Shown here in pieces: positions 27,620-42,932 of a DNA stretch of 64,000 nt. Each line of letters opens with the position of its first letter. Position 1 is the stretch's first letter. Position numbers and translations under genes: made by a program. The DNA is from Octopus sinensis. Taxonomy: Eukaryota. The notes beneath the pieces were generated by a model, which saw only the letters and a list, made by a program, of their open reading frames with translations, was not told the origin of the DNA and did not search any database. The stretch spans positions 49,662,001 to 49,726,000 of the forward strand of contig NC_043004.1 of assembly GCF_006345805.1 (NCBI RefSeq), written 5' to 3'.

Positions 27620-28198
27620 CTATAGATACACATCTATATATACACATCTATATATGAGCGTGAATATATGTATACACATACGCATACATTCACACACACA
27701 TACTCTCTTTCTCTCCCGCATACACACGCACACACCTCCACATGGACACTGCCTATTATAATAACGGATTATGTTATGAAGTTGTTATTGTTATTAAAAT
27801 GCACCCGTCCCTATTTCATTCAGGATAGTGAAATGTTCTCTGCTTAGGATTATCAAGCAGTTTTTTTAAACAATAAAATGATATATTTTCTGTTTACACA
27901 AGGCCACTGCTTTCTGATGAAATGATAAATTAAATAGAATCAATCTTGGGAGCAGGGCTGGATTAACCACATAATATACACGATCTTAGGGCGCTAAAGG
28001 AAATGAGTAGCAGAGAGCTTTCAGCAATGTCAGGTTCATCGCGATAGAAATGACAAATTATATCTGTTTCTTTTTTTTTTCCTTTTTTAAGTGAATTTAA
28101 AAGTAAGCGAAAATTGTCATTTTTCCTGTTGTCCCAGCTATAAGTAAATAATATACTAATACGTGCGTGTATGTGTGTATGTATATACGTATGAATAC

Positions 28199-28231
<33 letters not shown>

Positions 28232-28289
28232 TGTATGTATGTATGTATGTATGTATGTATGTACGTATGTATGTGCATGCATACACACA

Positions 28290-28660
28290 ACTTTGTGTCC
28301 GGCGTGCTGAAAGACAACTAGGAATGAGGTCCCCCTCAGGTTTTGTTAAAGCATGTCCTTAAGGTTAAGGTCACTCTGTTATAAAACCAGATATGTAGGG
28401 AATGGCGTTGGACCCTTTGGGGATCTTTTGCTTGCGCTTGAGATCATGGCGTTCCTACATTCCTGGGCCAGCGACTCATATTGGCACGAGATATCTTGCT
28501 TCGGTTTGTTTCTGGATCATGTCGATAGAGTGGGAATAGTTTATGAAGTGTTGTGCAAGTCTTAGTAGACCTGAAATTTTGCAAAAGCATTACTAACCTT
28601 TTGCAAAGGTAGTGGTCAGTGATAGTTTTCTTTGGTCACGAGTGGAAAGGCATTATGTTA
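28290..28660 (-). pseudogene. Possible Penelope-like RT C-terminal relic
   Basis: Fragmentary LLRLAQHFINYSHSIDMIQKQ and NAIPYI; weak similarity judged by eye. Confidence 0.3.
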
Positions 28661-28683
28661 TATACAGGCATTATGTTATATAT

Positions 28684-28848
28684 AGGCGTAGGAGTGGCTG
28701 TGTGGTAAGTAGCTTGCTTACCAACCACATGGTTATGGGTTCAGTCCCACTGCGTGGCACCTTGGGCAAGTGTCTTCTACTATAGCCTCGGGCCGACCAA
28801 AGCCTTGTGAGTGGATTTGGTAGACGGAACTGAAAGAAGCCCGTCGTA

Positions 28849-28911
<63 letters not shown>

Positions 28912-29133
28912 GCGTGTGTGTGTTTGTGTGTCTGTGTTTGTCCCCCCAGCATTGCTTGACAACCGATGCTGGTGTGTTTATGTCCCCGTTACCTAGCAGT
29001 TCAGCAAATGAAACCGATAGAATATGTACTGGGCTTACAAAAGAATAAGTCCCGGGGTCGAGTTGCTCGATTAAAGGCGGTACTCCAGCATGGCCGCAGT
29101 CAAATGACTGAAACAAGTAAAAGAATAAAAGAA
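28684..29133 (+). mobile_element. SINE family A, full-length
   Basis: Aligns with the 16384 copy. Confidence 0.92.
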
Positions 29134-29499
29134 AGGTGTGTGTGTGTGTGTATGTGTGTGTGTGTGTGTGTACAAACGCATGTACGTTTGCTACTGTTAA
29201 TGTTTGAGTTCCACGTGAATAATAATTTCCCAATCGGCTCCCAGTATAGTGGTTAAGTAACTCCTATACTAAGTGGTTTTACCAGTTATGAAATACAGAG
29301 CAAATGAAGCAGAAATTAAGATCAACACAAGTCTATGTTATTAATCCGTACGCACGTTTCACCATTATGGTTGCTCAAAACCCCGCATTGAGTGCAAGTG
29401 CAATAGTATACTTAACTAGAACTGATCGTCGGGAAACACTTTATTGCATTAAGTTATGGAGAACAAATGTATGTGTATATATGTATGTATCTACATACA

Positions 29500-29595
<96 letters not shown>

Positions 29596-29673
29596 TGTAT
29601 GCATATATATGTAGATACATACATACCTACATATATATATTACATATTATAATAATATATAATATATATATAT

Positions 29674-29705
<32 letters not shown>

Positions 29706-29773
29706 CACATACATATACATATACATATGCATATATACATATACATATGTATATACATCCATCCATCCATCCA

Positions 29774-29833
<60 letters not shown>

Positions 29834-29840
29834 CACACAA

Positions 29841-29875
<35 letters not shown>

Positions 29876-29877
29876 CA

Positions 29878-29911
<34 letters not shown>

Positions 29912-29929
29912 CATACACATGTATATGTT

Positions 29930-31150
29930 ACTCAGTCAGCGATTACCTTAAAGGTTCCGCCATTCTGGACTCACGATCCGGGTCTGTGGTTCACACACAT
30001 CAAAGCAGTTCACTGTGAACCGGAGCGTCAGCGATAACGGCACATAACGTCGGTTCTCTTTCACTAGACGTCATCATAGCAGTCAGAGATTTGGTAAACG
30101 CTGCACCCAACATTGTCTCGTTCGACACTTTTGTGAAGGAACTCATTAAACAGCGGAAACTAGTCTGAACAACTTCTAATAGCAGGAAAACTTGGTGATA
30201 AAAAAAAAACCCCGTCGCAGCTCTTGCACCGAATGAAATAACACATGAGCGTCAATACACTTCAGGGTAACTTATTTAAAGAACCGTTCCTGAAGAGACT
30301 ACTCTCCAGAACGCAATTCATCCTCGCCTCTACCAAGAAATCTAAATGTAATGAGGCGTTGGCTGAATTGGCGGATAGAATCGCAAAGTTGCTACCCGGT
30401 TTTCGATTGTGACCCAAGTAGCACCAATAATACCCCTCCCCCCAAACCCTTTCGCTTCGTCTTCCGATAGTTCGAAAATTGCGGGCCTTCGATCCCTAGT
30501 GAACGCGCAGATTCAAGAACATACAGCGCAAACTCAAGCTTTGACACTTCGCAGTCGACCTCGATGCAGCAATAGCCAGTCCTGGCATTTTGATCATCGT
30601 CATTCCCGAAGTCCCGGCGTTACTCATCCACAGATTTGAGATAGTGGTACCACCTTAAAATCGGCAAGAACTCCTGCCACTATGGGTCACATTGTTTTGT
30701 TTTTAAAGATACATTTTCCCCTCCGAGAAGCAAGACAGTCTGGGTTTAAGGGTGACGATTCTACCGATGGTCTGAAGTCTTCGATCTTATACTTCAGGGG
30801 AATCTGTTGCCAAAACTCTGGTATTACTCTGGGTATTGCCTTTTGAAACATTCGCAACAATAAGATGGACAGAGGATGTCGGTTCGAGTCGCACAGGTTG
30901 ACTAAACTAACACGTTTCCCCGGGTGTAAGTACATTCGCACAACAGTTTATCATTTCGCAGCCAACGGCTTGATTGAGCGCCTTTACTGAAGGTTAATGT
31001 CCGCTCCTAATGCATACTCCGACAGCAAACCTGGTGGGAATACCTTCCACTTATTCTTCTTGATATTTATGCCAATGTCAAGGAAGGAATCAAGCACACG
31101 TCGCAGAATTAGTCCATAACACCACGCTGATCTTACCTAATAAAATGGGA
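29930..31150 (+). pseudogene. Ty3/Gypsy LTR-retrotransposon relic (gag and integrase fragments)
   Basis: gag KVPPFWTHDPGLWF and TPSQLLHRM; integrase DRGCRFES...IRTTVYHFAANGLIERL; RT region is missing. Confidence 0.8.
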
Positions 31151-31482
31151 AATTCTGATCTTACTTGGAAAATTCTTGCCTGCTTTCCCACAGGATTTCT
31201 CAGACCTGTTGAGTTATGTTTTGAGTTATGTCTCGTCTGCCATATACAACTCCTCGTTCTCAGAATCCTCTACAAGTGTCCCACCAGAAATTAACCAAGT
31301 ATCAACACACACACACACGCACACACACGCACACACACACACACCACACACACACACACACACACTAACACACAGACTCATAGACAATGATCCACCACAC
31401 TTATTTGAATCATTAAGCCTCTTTTACAACACCTACATAGCAGTACATACACACATACACACGCACACACGCACACGCACAT

Positions 31483-31533
<51 letters not shown>

Positions 31534-31534
31534 T

Positions 31535-31958
31535 CATATATGTGGCAGCAGGATCTGGCTCCTTATCACACCTCCTAAAAGAGTCAGAAGTGGTGGTCAG
31601 AGAATTTCTACGACTTCACTAGTCCCAATTTCTGGCCTCCTAATTCTCCAAGTTGGGGGCGCTGCCGAGAAAGACACCAACCACTCTGTCTGTAACACCA
31701 AGGCCGAGCTGGTGGCCGAGATAAAGAAGGTCTTCGAAAATCTTGCCAAGGGTACAATGAGTAACGCATGCGCCTGGTTTCGGAGCCGTTTTGAGGCCGT
31801 GCTGGAAGCTGAGGACGGTTATTTTGAGTAAACCTTTTTGCTGCCAGAACATAATCTACTTTGTATTTTTTCTATCTTTTAAAATTCTCTTATTTTTGGA
31901 TGGGATATTTTGCTTTCTTTTCTTTTTATGCAAACTGTCAAATTTATCCCGAACACCC
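31535..31958 (+). mobile_element. maT/DD37D-like transposon 3' fragment
   Basis: WQQDLAPYH...FWPPNSP...NTKAELVAEI...RSRFEAVLEAEDGYFE*; right TIR ends acaccc followed by TA. Confidence 0.85.
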
Positions 31959-32100
31959 TATATTGCATACACACCCCATACGCGCGTATACGCACACACA
32001 CACACATGCACACGTACACACACCTACATACGCACACGTGCGCGCACATATATATACACATGCACACATATATATACACACACATGCACAAACATATTCT

Positions 32101-32134
<34 letters not shown>

Positions 32135-32289
32135 CACACACATACATATATGGTCTCCACTTCGACAGGTGATGGAAAGAATATCCCGCAGTGCAATGCG
32201 AGCCACTTACCTTCATCATCTGTCGATTGGAGTGCATAAGGATATGTGTACCTTCTGTATCACTCCCTGCAGCGGTGCCGAGCAGCATT

Positions 32290-32700
32290 ATTGCTATTAT
32301 CTTTCAGGTTTTATCTTTTAATTGCGACGATGCTGGGGCACCGTTCTGAAGGGTTTAGCCGAACAAATCGAACTCAGTACTTATTGTTGAAGCCTGGTTC
32401 TCATGCTATCGGATCCTTTTTCCACCCCATTGCTAAGTTACGGGAACGAAAGCAAGCCGACTCCGATTGTCAAGCAGTGGGGCGGGAATATGACCAACAC
32501 AGACACCTTCCCCCGTACATAAATACACGACAGGCTTCCACCAGTTTCTGTTTATCAAATTCACCCACACGTCTTTGGAGGTGGCGAGTATAGTTGTAGA
32601 AACACTTGCCCGAGTAGTCGCGCAGTAGGAACGAACCCGCACAGTAGAAACGAACCCGCACAGTAGAAACGAACATGTGATTGAGAAGCAAAATTCTTAC
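32290..32700 (-). mobile_element. SINE family A, diverged; a further copy at 33085-33545
   Basis: Aligns with family A; contains a 20-bp tandem duplication at about 32629-32673. Confidence 0.8.
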
Positions 32701-32703
32701 CTA

Positions 32704-32918
32704 CGAGGGTAGGTAAGTTCCTGGCTTTTAGGGTTTCCCGAAAGGCCTGGTTGGAGACCCAACCTTTCCGAGTTCTTTTTACAGGGCTTAGAAAAACTGA
32801 AAGACCGCTGCAATAAATGTATAAATCTGAGAGGGGAATATGTTGAATAAAATCATAATTAACTGATCCTCCTGTATTTTCTTTTACCCAAAGCCAGGAA
32901 CTATTCAGCAGCCCCTCG
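32704..32918 (+). mobile_element. Mariner-derived MITE (215 bp)
   Basis: TIRs cgaggg...agttcctggcttt; TA TSDs; retains the transposase C-terminus FFLQGLEKLKDRCNKCINLRGEYVE*. Confidence 0.88.
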
Positions 32919-33318
32919 TACACTGTAGTCTGCATTCTTCCCCTTTCTTATCCATACAGTAACCACATTAAATTTGCTGCAGCTGTGACCATTCCAGCCA
33001 TGCAGCACCTATTTTGTTTTATTTCTCACTGAGAATTTGTTCTTTGCTCTAAGCATTGGTCTTTCCCACGCATGTTTCTGTCCTCTCCATTTTTTACTTG
33101 TTTCAGTCGTTAGACTTCAGCCATGCTGGGGCACCGCCTTGAAGAATTTTAGTCGAACGACCCCGGTACTTATTTCTTTAAGCCTTGTACTTATTCTGAC
33201 GGTCAATATCGCCGAACAACTAAGTTATGGAGGCTCTGAAGCGGTAGTGGGATACAAACACACACAAAAAGACACGCGCACATACGCACACACTCACGCG
33301 CACATATCTCTCTCTCTC

Positions 33319-33390
<72 letters not shown>

Positions 33391-33985
33391 TTATATATAT
33401 ATACAACGAGCTACTTCTATCAACTAAACCCATTCACAAGGCTTTGATCTACCCGAGGCTTTAGTAGGAGACCTTTCCCCAAGGTGACATGCAGTGGGAC
33501 TGATCTCAGAACCGTGAGGTTCGGAAGCAAACTTCTCAACACAGCTATATTTGCACCTCCGAATTTTCTGATTTCATTTCCAATTTATGTGATATTTTAC
33601 AATTAGTCTTCCTATATCTAATGCCAACCATGTTGGATCTAACGGACCTAGGTTTATGGATCTAGCTAAGGACAAATTATGGCCCGCTGGAATTTTTAAA
33701 TGGCACGCGTAACGAAATATTACCTTGAATCTTTTTAGCAGTACTGCTCGCTGATGATGAGCCATGTTTCATGCTGCCCTCTTCTCGCAAAAGTTTGCAC
33801 ATGTTTGCTATATATTCGTGACCTCCCACCCCCTTAGAAGCACTGTCTACCGCCTGCTATCTTTGTGCCACATACGATTCTTGAAGTTCTTCATGTTATA
33901 GGTTCTTTCTTTCACGGGCCCATTCTATATTGCCTTCCCAAGACACTGCCAACCCTGTAATAAGGTCATACCTATTTATCTACAT

Positions 33986-34204
33986 CAGTGGTTTTCAACC
34001 AGGATTCCGCGGAACTTTAGGGTTCCGCCAGTACAGTCCAGGGGTTCCGCAAGAAGTTACAAAACTGTTAAAATTGGCAGTAATTTTTAATTCTCCTGTG
34101 CAGATATGTGTGCATAAGACTATTAAATTATTGCACAGGGGTTCCTCGAGCCAGTGGAATGTTTCGTTGGGGTTCCGCTCCAGCAAAAATGTTCAAAAGC
34201 ACTG
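33986..34204. mobile_element. hAT (Charlie-like) MITE
   Basis: TIRs cagtggttttcaac / gttcaaaagcactg; perfect 8-bp TSD ATCTACAT at 33978-33985 and 34205-34212. Confidence 0.92.
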
Positions 34205-35036
34205 ATCTACATACATACATGCATGGTGGATGTTAACTCGTCGATAAGCATGACCATCGCTAACAAATTATCTTATCCTAGATGGTAAAGACAACGGCTG
34301 TCAACAATGCGCGAGCTGAAATTTGAAGTCAATAACAGCTTGCACAACACCACTAAGAGTTTCACCTACGAAGCCAAGTAATCCGGAAACAAGCAAGAGC
34401 AAAATTTCTCGCTTCGCAACGATGCGGCTGTTATTTCAGAATTTCCTTCACTTGGAGAGATATTTAAACAAAGGCGAAGGCTCTGTCACTCACATACATA
34501 CGCACTCGTACGCACGCACGCACGTACACACACGCAAACACATATAGGGGATTTGCATAGGTCTTGATTTGACTGGGGTTGTGCCTGTTCAGTAAATTTG
34601 TCTCAGCGTCCCAGTGGGTTTGAAATTCTGTTCCATTTTTTTCGCTTTTTTTTTTTAAATCTAGAAAAAAATGTTGATACTAGTTCACTTTTATGCGAGT
34701 TAGTCTTTAATTAGTATATCACAGAAGCTATTTTATTGTTTGAAAAGAGGAGAAAGCTGCGTGAGCTTTCCTGCTTTTTCTAACTCTAAAGTGAAAGCGT
34801 ATGTGTGCTGGGATTTATAGGCGTATTTTGAAGATTTTTTCGTGTCCAAAATTTAATTGCTTAAAAAAAAAAAAAGAAATTACCAATTTAATGCTTCTTG
34901 CGGTCATATTTACTTTTCATCCATTCTGTTGTGATATGAATTTCAGCTTATCTAGCAATTCGTCAAAGTTGGCCGGAAAACTTTTTGAGCTAAAGTTTCA
35001 TCTAGCATAACTCATACACCCAACGATAAAAATAAA

Positions 35037-35222
35037 AATTCTTTGGAACGATGGATTTTGAAGCAGAAATGCTATAAATAATAGCGCGTAAATATTGGAT
35101 TAAATATATCCCCTTGGATAGGGGCATCTTTGACTTTTTCTGGACGGGGGTTTTTAATCCAAAATTTATACGCATTATTTATAACTTTTCTGCTTCCAGA
35201 TCCGTCATTCCGAAAAAGAATT
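35037..35222. repeat. Degenerate inverted repeat
   Basis: Arms 35037-35103 and 35152-35222. Confidence 0.7.
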
Positions 35223-35319
35223 ATTTCATGCTCTTTCGAAGTTTATGACATCAGAATAAAAAAAGGTAAATATCGGAAAAAAAGAAAACATCAAGATAAA
35301 AAAAGGAAGCATTTGAGTT

Positions 35320-35500
35320 CGTAATTTTGATAATACAATTGATAATACATCAAGAACTGTTTGGAGACAGTTGTGCACAATCTGTGTACCACAAGCAATG
35401 CCAACAAGTTCCGTTCCACGTTTGGTTTTTAATTGGCTAAATAAGTAATTCTTGCCTTTTCATTTATCATCCTCAAGATTTGTGTTACATTATCGAACAA
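35320..35500 (-). pseudogene. hAT-like transposase fossil
   Basis: GKNYLFSQLKTKRGTELVGIACGTQIVHNCLQTVLDVL resembles the GIGCxAHIVHN motif; DN.TN.G upstream. Confidence 0.5.
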
Positions 35501-36138
35501 CTTTTCCTATCAAACTCTTTGTCAATAAATAAGGTTAAGGTATCAATCAAGATTTTAGCCATCTCCTATGAAAACGCGTACATATTCAAAATTTGTTACT
35601 TGCCCTCTCTAACCAGAAATATACGAGCGTTGAATATACAAGATATCCTTTTAGCAACTTTCGGTTAGAAGAAGCAGTAGAAATTATAGCAAAGTTGCCC
35701 GTTATAGTTCTTTAGCAAGCTCAAATTTAACCATTAGTGAAATATAGTAAGATAACAGGGTAACGCTGTTAGTAGGAGACGTTAAGAAGGTAAAAATAAA
35801 TCAAAGTAAAATGGGGAGGTTTATTTCCGTGGTAGATCTAGCGATATAAATGTTTTAAAGGTTCATGGATATAAGAGATTTAAAATATATATAAGATGAG
35901 AACTGTAAAGAGTGATAAATTAGAAGAACTGGCATTCTTTGCTGCAATATTTTAAGTAAAAACTTTCTTATTTTTTACTTTACTAGAAGTAACAGCTTGT
36001 CCTGTACTTTTCCAGGTGTATAATCCTAAGAATATTAAATGCTCGCATTTTTCCATGTAATATATATATGGGCTGGTTTCCCGGTTTCCTTGGCGTATAT
36101 ATATATATATTAAACCTCGCTAAGTTAAATATTTAAAT

Positions 36139-36201
36139 CACCTGAAGAATGACTGTAACCCGACATTTTAAGAATTGGACAGCCATGAAACGATCGTAGT
36201 G
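36139..36201 (+). ncRNA. Minimal type-I hammerhead ribozyme with a canonical core, in a PLE-like fragment (about 36065-36240)
   Basis: cac CTGAAGA atgactgt..acagccat GAA ACGATCGT A gtg: 3-bp stem I, stem II, palindromic stem III, GUA cleavage triplet. Confidence 0.7.
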
Positions 36202-36325
36202 TTATAATAATTATCTTTTTTTAATAATTTTGATATATATTTAAAATAATATAAATTAATCAATCTTATGTATTGGCTTGAGTTTTTCATTGTATGATTT
36301 GCCTAATAATGGTTTTATCTCTAAT

Positions 36326-36371
<46 letters not shown>

Positions 36372-36466
36372 GTTCGCACGTAAGTTCGTATATTTGTGTG
36401 ACTGTGTTGTTGGAATATTATATGTATACGATGACTAGAAAGCTTGAAGTGGAGGGTTGAATTTTC

Positions 36467-36497
<31 letters not shown>

Positions 36498-36669
36498 CTT
36501 CTTCTTCTTCTTCTTCTTCTCCGTTATGTTCCTATATTAAAACGGTTATTATGGCTGAACAAAATGTTTTCGGATATTTAGGCAGGTGTTTATTTATGTA
36601 TTATAAAAACGGTATATATATTTGTACTGAAATGAATGTATATTTTCTATTTAAACAGATGTACACATA

Positions 36670-36703
<34 letters not shown>

Positions 36704-36789
36704 CGCGCGTGCTACCTAGGCTTTATTTGCATGACTAAACGGGTATATATTTTTATGTTTGATGTATAAGGTATTGTCTGCGTATATAT

Positions 36790-38090
<1,301 letters not shown>

Positions 38091-38404
38091 TTGTCCGTGT
38101 GAGTGTATAGGAAGTCTAGCTAAAATACAATATCATTGGGAAAATAACAACTTGAAAACGAAAGTAGAATATAACATAAGTTGTACTGATTAGTTTCATG
38201 TCTTGAGACACACAAAAGTTTTCACGTTTCGAGCTCAAGACTTTTGAAAGAATGAGAGAAAAGTGGAAATTATACGAGAAGAGGAAAAATCTTTTAGTAC
38301 ACAAACCTGCCCACCTACCTATCTACCCATTTATCTATCAAGAATTCTACCAAACTATCTACCTGCCTGCTTATCTACCAAGCTACATACCTGCCTACCA
38401 ATAC

Positions 38405-38471
<67 letters not shown>

Positions 38472-38489
38472 TACAACTGGACGGCATTA

Positions 38490-39770
38490 CCCAACTTTCT
38501 ACAGAGAATGGAAGGAAATTTGCTGAGTCCAAATGTGCATTTTTGATAATAAAACGTGGGAAAGTTGTTCCTTCCTCTGATAGCCTAAAATGAACGGTTG
38601 ACAATACAAGCTTTAATGTGAGGTGACAATTATAGATATGTTGGACAAGATGAGAATGCCAGATATGATGGACCTATAAATAAGGATAGGACTGGGAATG
38701 AATACCTCAGGAGTGTAAAGAGAATATGGTCATCAAAACTCAGCTTACAACGATCATATTGCCCTACAAGAACTCAATGGAGCAGATGTTCGGACTCGCA
38801 ATATTCTCAGTATTACAGGCAACTTCAACATCAATGAAGATGTAGACAGGCTATGCTTCCCACGCAAGGAATGGGGGCCGTGGTCTCGAATCTGTATTGA
38901 TGTCATATGAAGCACGTATTGTGACGCTGGAACAACGCCTACCTCATAGAAAAGAAACCAGTAACTATCTTACCCAGTTTGTAGCCATGAGATCGATAAC
39001 AATTAGGATAGTTAAGGAACTTGAGGAGAGGTGTGAAATAGGAGCTGATACAGATCTTTCTATAAAGCGCATTGGCAAAACCTATTTATCAAAAGAACAA
39101 AATAAAAAATGGACCAGTTCACTGGAAAGATATTACATAGGTCTCGATAAACACAAACCAAGGAAGAAATTGATTATGTCAAGAGTTTGGCATGGAGCAC
39201 CGACAGATTGTGTAGGCTATGCAAGACCAATACTAAAAACATCAGCCGCATTATTGTCCACTGCGAGAGAATATCTTCCATATATCATCTTCCCATGGGG
39301 GATTATTCGATGTCCTGAACAATCTAGAACAGGAAAACAAAAAAGAAAACACCTACAGACGAAGCTGACTATACTGAAACCGATGGGTCAAAAGAATATT
39401 GGTGGAAAAATTAAACGTAAAAGTTAAAACAGCCACCAAGTTAAGGCACAACCAGCCAGATATAGTTGTGCGGGACAACAAAGGAAAGGCATGTTCTGTT
39501 GTGGAAATCAGCTGCTCTCTGGACACCAACTGTGGTTAGAAAAATATAAAAGAGAGCATCTATGGACCATTGTTAAGGAGTTTTGAAATTCAGTACCCAA
39601 GATACACTTTCAACTTCATATCTATTATTTTTGGAACAACTGAATACATACCAAACCGTCTAGAGCAAAGTATGGCTGAATTTGGGTTCTTGGGGAGAGA
39701 ACACTCAAATGATAACGATATTTGGGATTATAAAACCTGCAAGAACTTCTTAAGATTTAAAGGATGATGA
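38490..39770 (+). pseudogene. Decayed R4-clade-like LINE 3' part (RT end and restriction-like endonuclease)
   Basis: DRLCFPRKE..GRGL, and the PDIVVRDNKGKACSVVEISC endonuclease motif. Confidence 0.7.
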
Positions 39771-40184
39771 TCAAAACAAGATACTTTCCTTCACAAGCTT
39801 GACATCAAGCAGGTGGCCGATCAAGCTTTATTCAAACTTAGAAAGAAAAATGGAACAGTACATGCATACATTCATACATATATACATACATATATATATA
39901 TATAGTTGAGGTGTATTCTGTTAAGAACGTATTAGAGTACAAAATAGAGCTCGTTCACCGTTACTTGATTTAAATTTAAATCTTGTATATATGTGGATCT
40001 GTTAAATCGAAACGTGTAATGGTCATTAAAAAGCTGTCGAATCGCACTCCCTCTTCCTTTTGACTCTGTTTATTCTTTCCTTTTTTACACACACACACAC
40101 ACGCACACACACACATGTGTATGCGTGTGTATATGTGCGCGTGCGTGTGTATGTGTGTGCGTGCGTGCGTGTGTGTGTGTCTGT

Positions 40185-41200
40185 ATGATGGCTGTCCACT
40201 TGAGAACGAGAAAAACCATTGCTGACCTTCGGGAACATTGTGCACCCTAGGACCAACTTATATTTTGCATTTGCGGCTCCGTTGGTATCTAATGAGCCCT
40301 GCTCTTGAGAAGCATACACCACTGCAAACATTGCAAACCAAGCTTTCCCCATTCACTACACCATCAGTGCACTTTCGAGCAACACGCTTAAGTTCTTCAT
40401 GCAGAATACTTGCTCTCTCAAAAGTGACGACTCCCCTCCTTAACCTGCTTCTTCCATCCGTGGCGATGACAGGCATTGCTCTCCCAATCAGTCTCCTGCA
40501 TATCACAGGCCTTTAATGAGGACTTGACACAGTCCTTAAATCGCAGTCTTTGTTTCTGCCGGGGTCTTTTTCCATTAAAAGTTCCCCATATATCGTCTGC
40601 TTAGGGATCCTGCTATCCGTCATTCTAATAAGGTGTTCAGTCCAACGTAACCGGTGCTTGTGCACCAACATCTAATTACTCAAGATATCAGCTGTCCTCA
40701 GGACCTATGTGTCTGGAATTTTTAAGGTCCAGCCAGCATTCAGAATGTATCTGGGACATCTCTGATGAAAGCTTTCAAGGAAACTTACATGACGTTTGTA
40801 AAGGATCCATGTCTCACATGAGTAAAAGAGCGCTGTCGGTACACATACACGGTACACAACAATTTTTGTTTGCTTTGTGATGCAATGCTGGGATCAGACA
40901 CGAGACTGAAGAGACTGGAAGGAATCAGCTGCTCTCTGTAGTTTGAAAGATATTTCATCATCCAGGGAACAAGAACGGCTAAGTGTTCTGCCCAGGTAGA
41001 TAAACTTGTCTACCACTTTCATAATTGTTCCTCCAACCAAGATAGCTGGTTCCACATATGGATTTCCTGGTGCATACTGGAACATTAGCACAGCTAATGC
41101 TGAACCAAAATGCCTTGAACGAAGCAGAAATACGATTCATGAGTACTTGCACGTTATCCACTGTATGATGACTAAGTCAGAGTCATCAGCATAAAGGAGG
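40185..41200 (-). pseudogene. RTE-clade LINE 3' fragment
   Basis: VVDKFIYLGRTLSRSCSLDDEI; RLRWTEHLIRMTDSRIPKQ; C-terminal CNVCSGVCFSRAGL; 3' tail ggacagccatcat. Confidence 0.85.
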
Positions 41201-41459
41201 TGATGAATAAGAAACTGGAAAACTTTTGAATTGGCAGCAAATCAGTGCAGATTAAAAAGGCGGAGAGAAAATTGATCACCTGATATATATTTCCAGTAAG
41301 CTAACCTTCGCATATATATATATATATATATATTTGCATACATACATACATATATATGTGTGCGTATGTGAGTGTGTGTGTATGTGTGTATACATATGTA
41401 TATACATATATATATGTATGTGAATAAATATATATATGTATATATATATGTATGTATGT

Positions 41460-42100
41460 ATTTTGTAATAAAGAGAGTCTCTTTACTAATTCGTTGGCTC
41501 CAGGTTGCCTTCAACACCAGCCTCCAAAACATACCCTTGCTAAAAAAGGACCACAGAATGAACTCAATCCTCCAAACACATACCATCATAAAAAGCAAGA
41601 GACAGCCCAAATCTATGAAAAGTCTCCTAACACAAGCCCGAATACGCTCAACAACACAGAAGCCGTCACTAAAAAAATGCGGAAGACTCAACTGTGTGAT
41701 ATGCGTTAATTTAATTAAGGGATCTGAGTTCTCCTTCAAACAGGGACAACGTTTCACAGCGAAAAGCAACTTCACATGTGTTTCAGAGAAACTGATATAA
41801 GCACTAACCAGCTCTGGGTGTCAAGAGCAATGCATAGGCTAATCAAAAAGCAGTCTACGTAAAAGAATGGTTCTGCACAAATCCCAGATCAAAATTCCCC
41901 AAAACAGAAAAAAATAGTATTCAGCCAACACATTTGCGCCAGTAACAAAATCCAAGCTTCAGAATTTCCCCCCTCTACAAATTCAGGGACGATACAACCT
42001 GGAGCCAACGAATTAGTGAAAATACTCTCTTTATTACAAAATACAGACCACTTTTGAACGCGTCTACGACAAACGACATATCCACCACTGCCTTAGAATA
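41460..42100 (+). pseudogene. Penelope-like element linker and GIY-YIG endonuclease relic
   Basis: SKRQPKSMKSLL...KKCGRLNCVICVNL...NFTCVSEKLI*AL..SGCQEQCIG*S..SLRKRMVLHKSQI. Confidence 0.8.
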
Positions 42101-42269
42101 ACACAAATACACACGCAAATATTAAAAACGATACACTCAAGAGATTCCCAAGAATTCATTAGAAAACAGTCCCAATCACTGCTATAATCCATAATGTGCC
42201 AATTTTGAGTCATTTGAACATTTAACAACTTACTACTTTCACACTACCTACATTCCTTCTTACTCTCCC

Positions 42270-42487
42270 TTCTCTTTCTTCTTCTTCTTCTGCATTTTCA
42301 TCTTCTTCTTCTTCTGCTTTTTCTTCCTCCTCCTCTTCTTCTTCTTCTTCTTCTTCTTCTTCTTCTTCTTCTTCTTCTTCTGCTTTTCTTCTTCTCTTCT
42401 TCTTCTTCTTCTTCTTCTTCTTCTTCTTCTTCTTCTGCATTTTCTTCTTCTTCTTCTTCTTCTTCTTCTTCTTCTTCTTCTTCTTCT
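42270..42487. repeat. (TTC)n trinucleotide tract; similar tracts at 36468-36520 and 44929-45148
   Basis: Directly visible. Confidence 0.97.
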
Positions 42488-42642
42488 CCCCTACCAAGAA
42501 ATCACAACGACCTCGAACCTACAAGTGTAAACAAGAGAGACAGAGAAAGGCAGAAACAAGGAAAATGTATTTGAACACTATACAAATATTCTAAAAAAAC
42601 TTTTCTTTTAATTTTTCCAAATTTAATTGTTTTCCATACTTA

Positions 42643-42678
42643 AAGTTGAAAAAGCCTCAATAACTGAAACCGGTACTG
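42643..42678 (+). ncRNA. Hammerhead-like motif with U3:A8 core and decayed stem II, in repeat 42590-42766
   Basis: ag TTGAAAA agcctcaataact GAA ACCGGT A ct. Confidence 0.5.
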
Positions 42679-42932
42679 AAATGGTTTTTATAAAATCATT
42701 TTAGCATTTTCTATCTTGACTTTTTTCCATATATATCAACTCGTGTGTTCCTTTTCAACCTTCTATATATATATATATATATATAATATATATAATATAT
42801 ATATATATATAATATATATATATAATATGTATCAAATGTGAGGATAAAATTCCTTTCGAAAAAAATATATTTTCTCGAAAAAAATTTTGGCCAGCATATT
42901 AAAAAATACCTTTAACGGTTAAATTTATAAAC

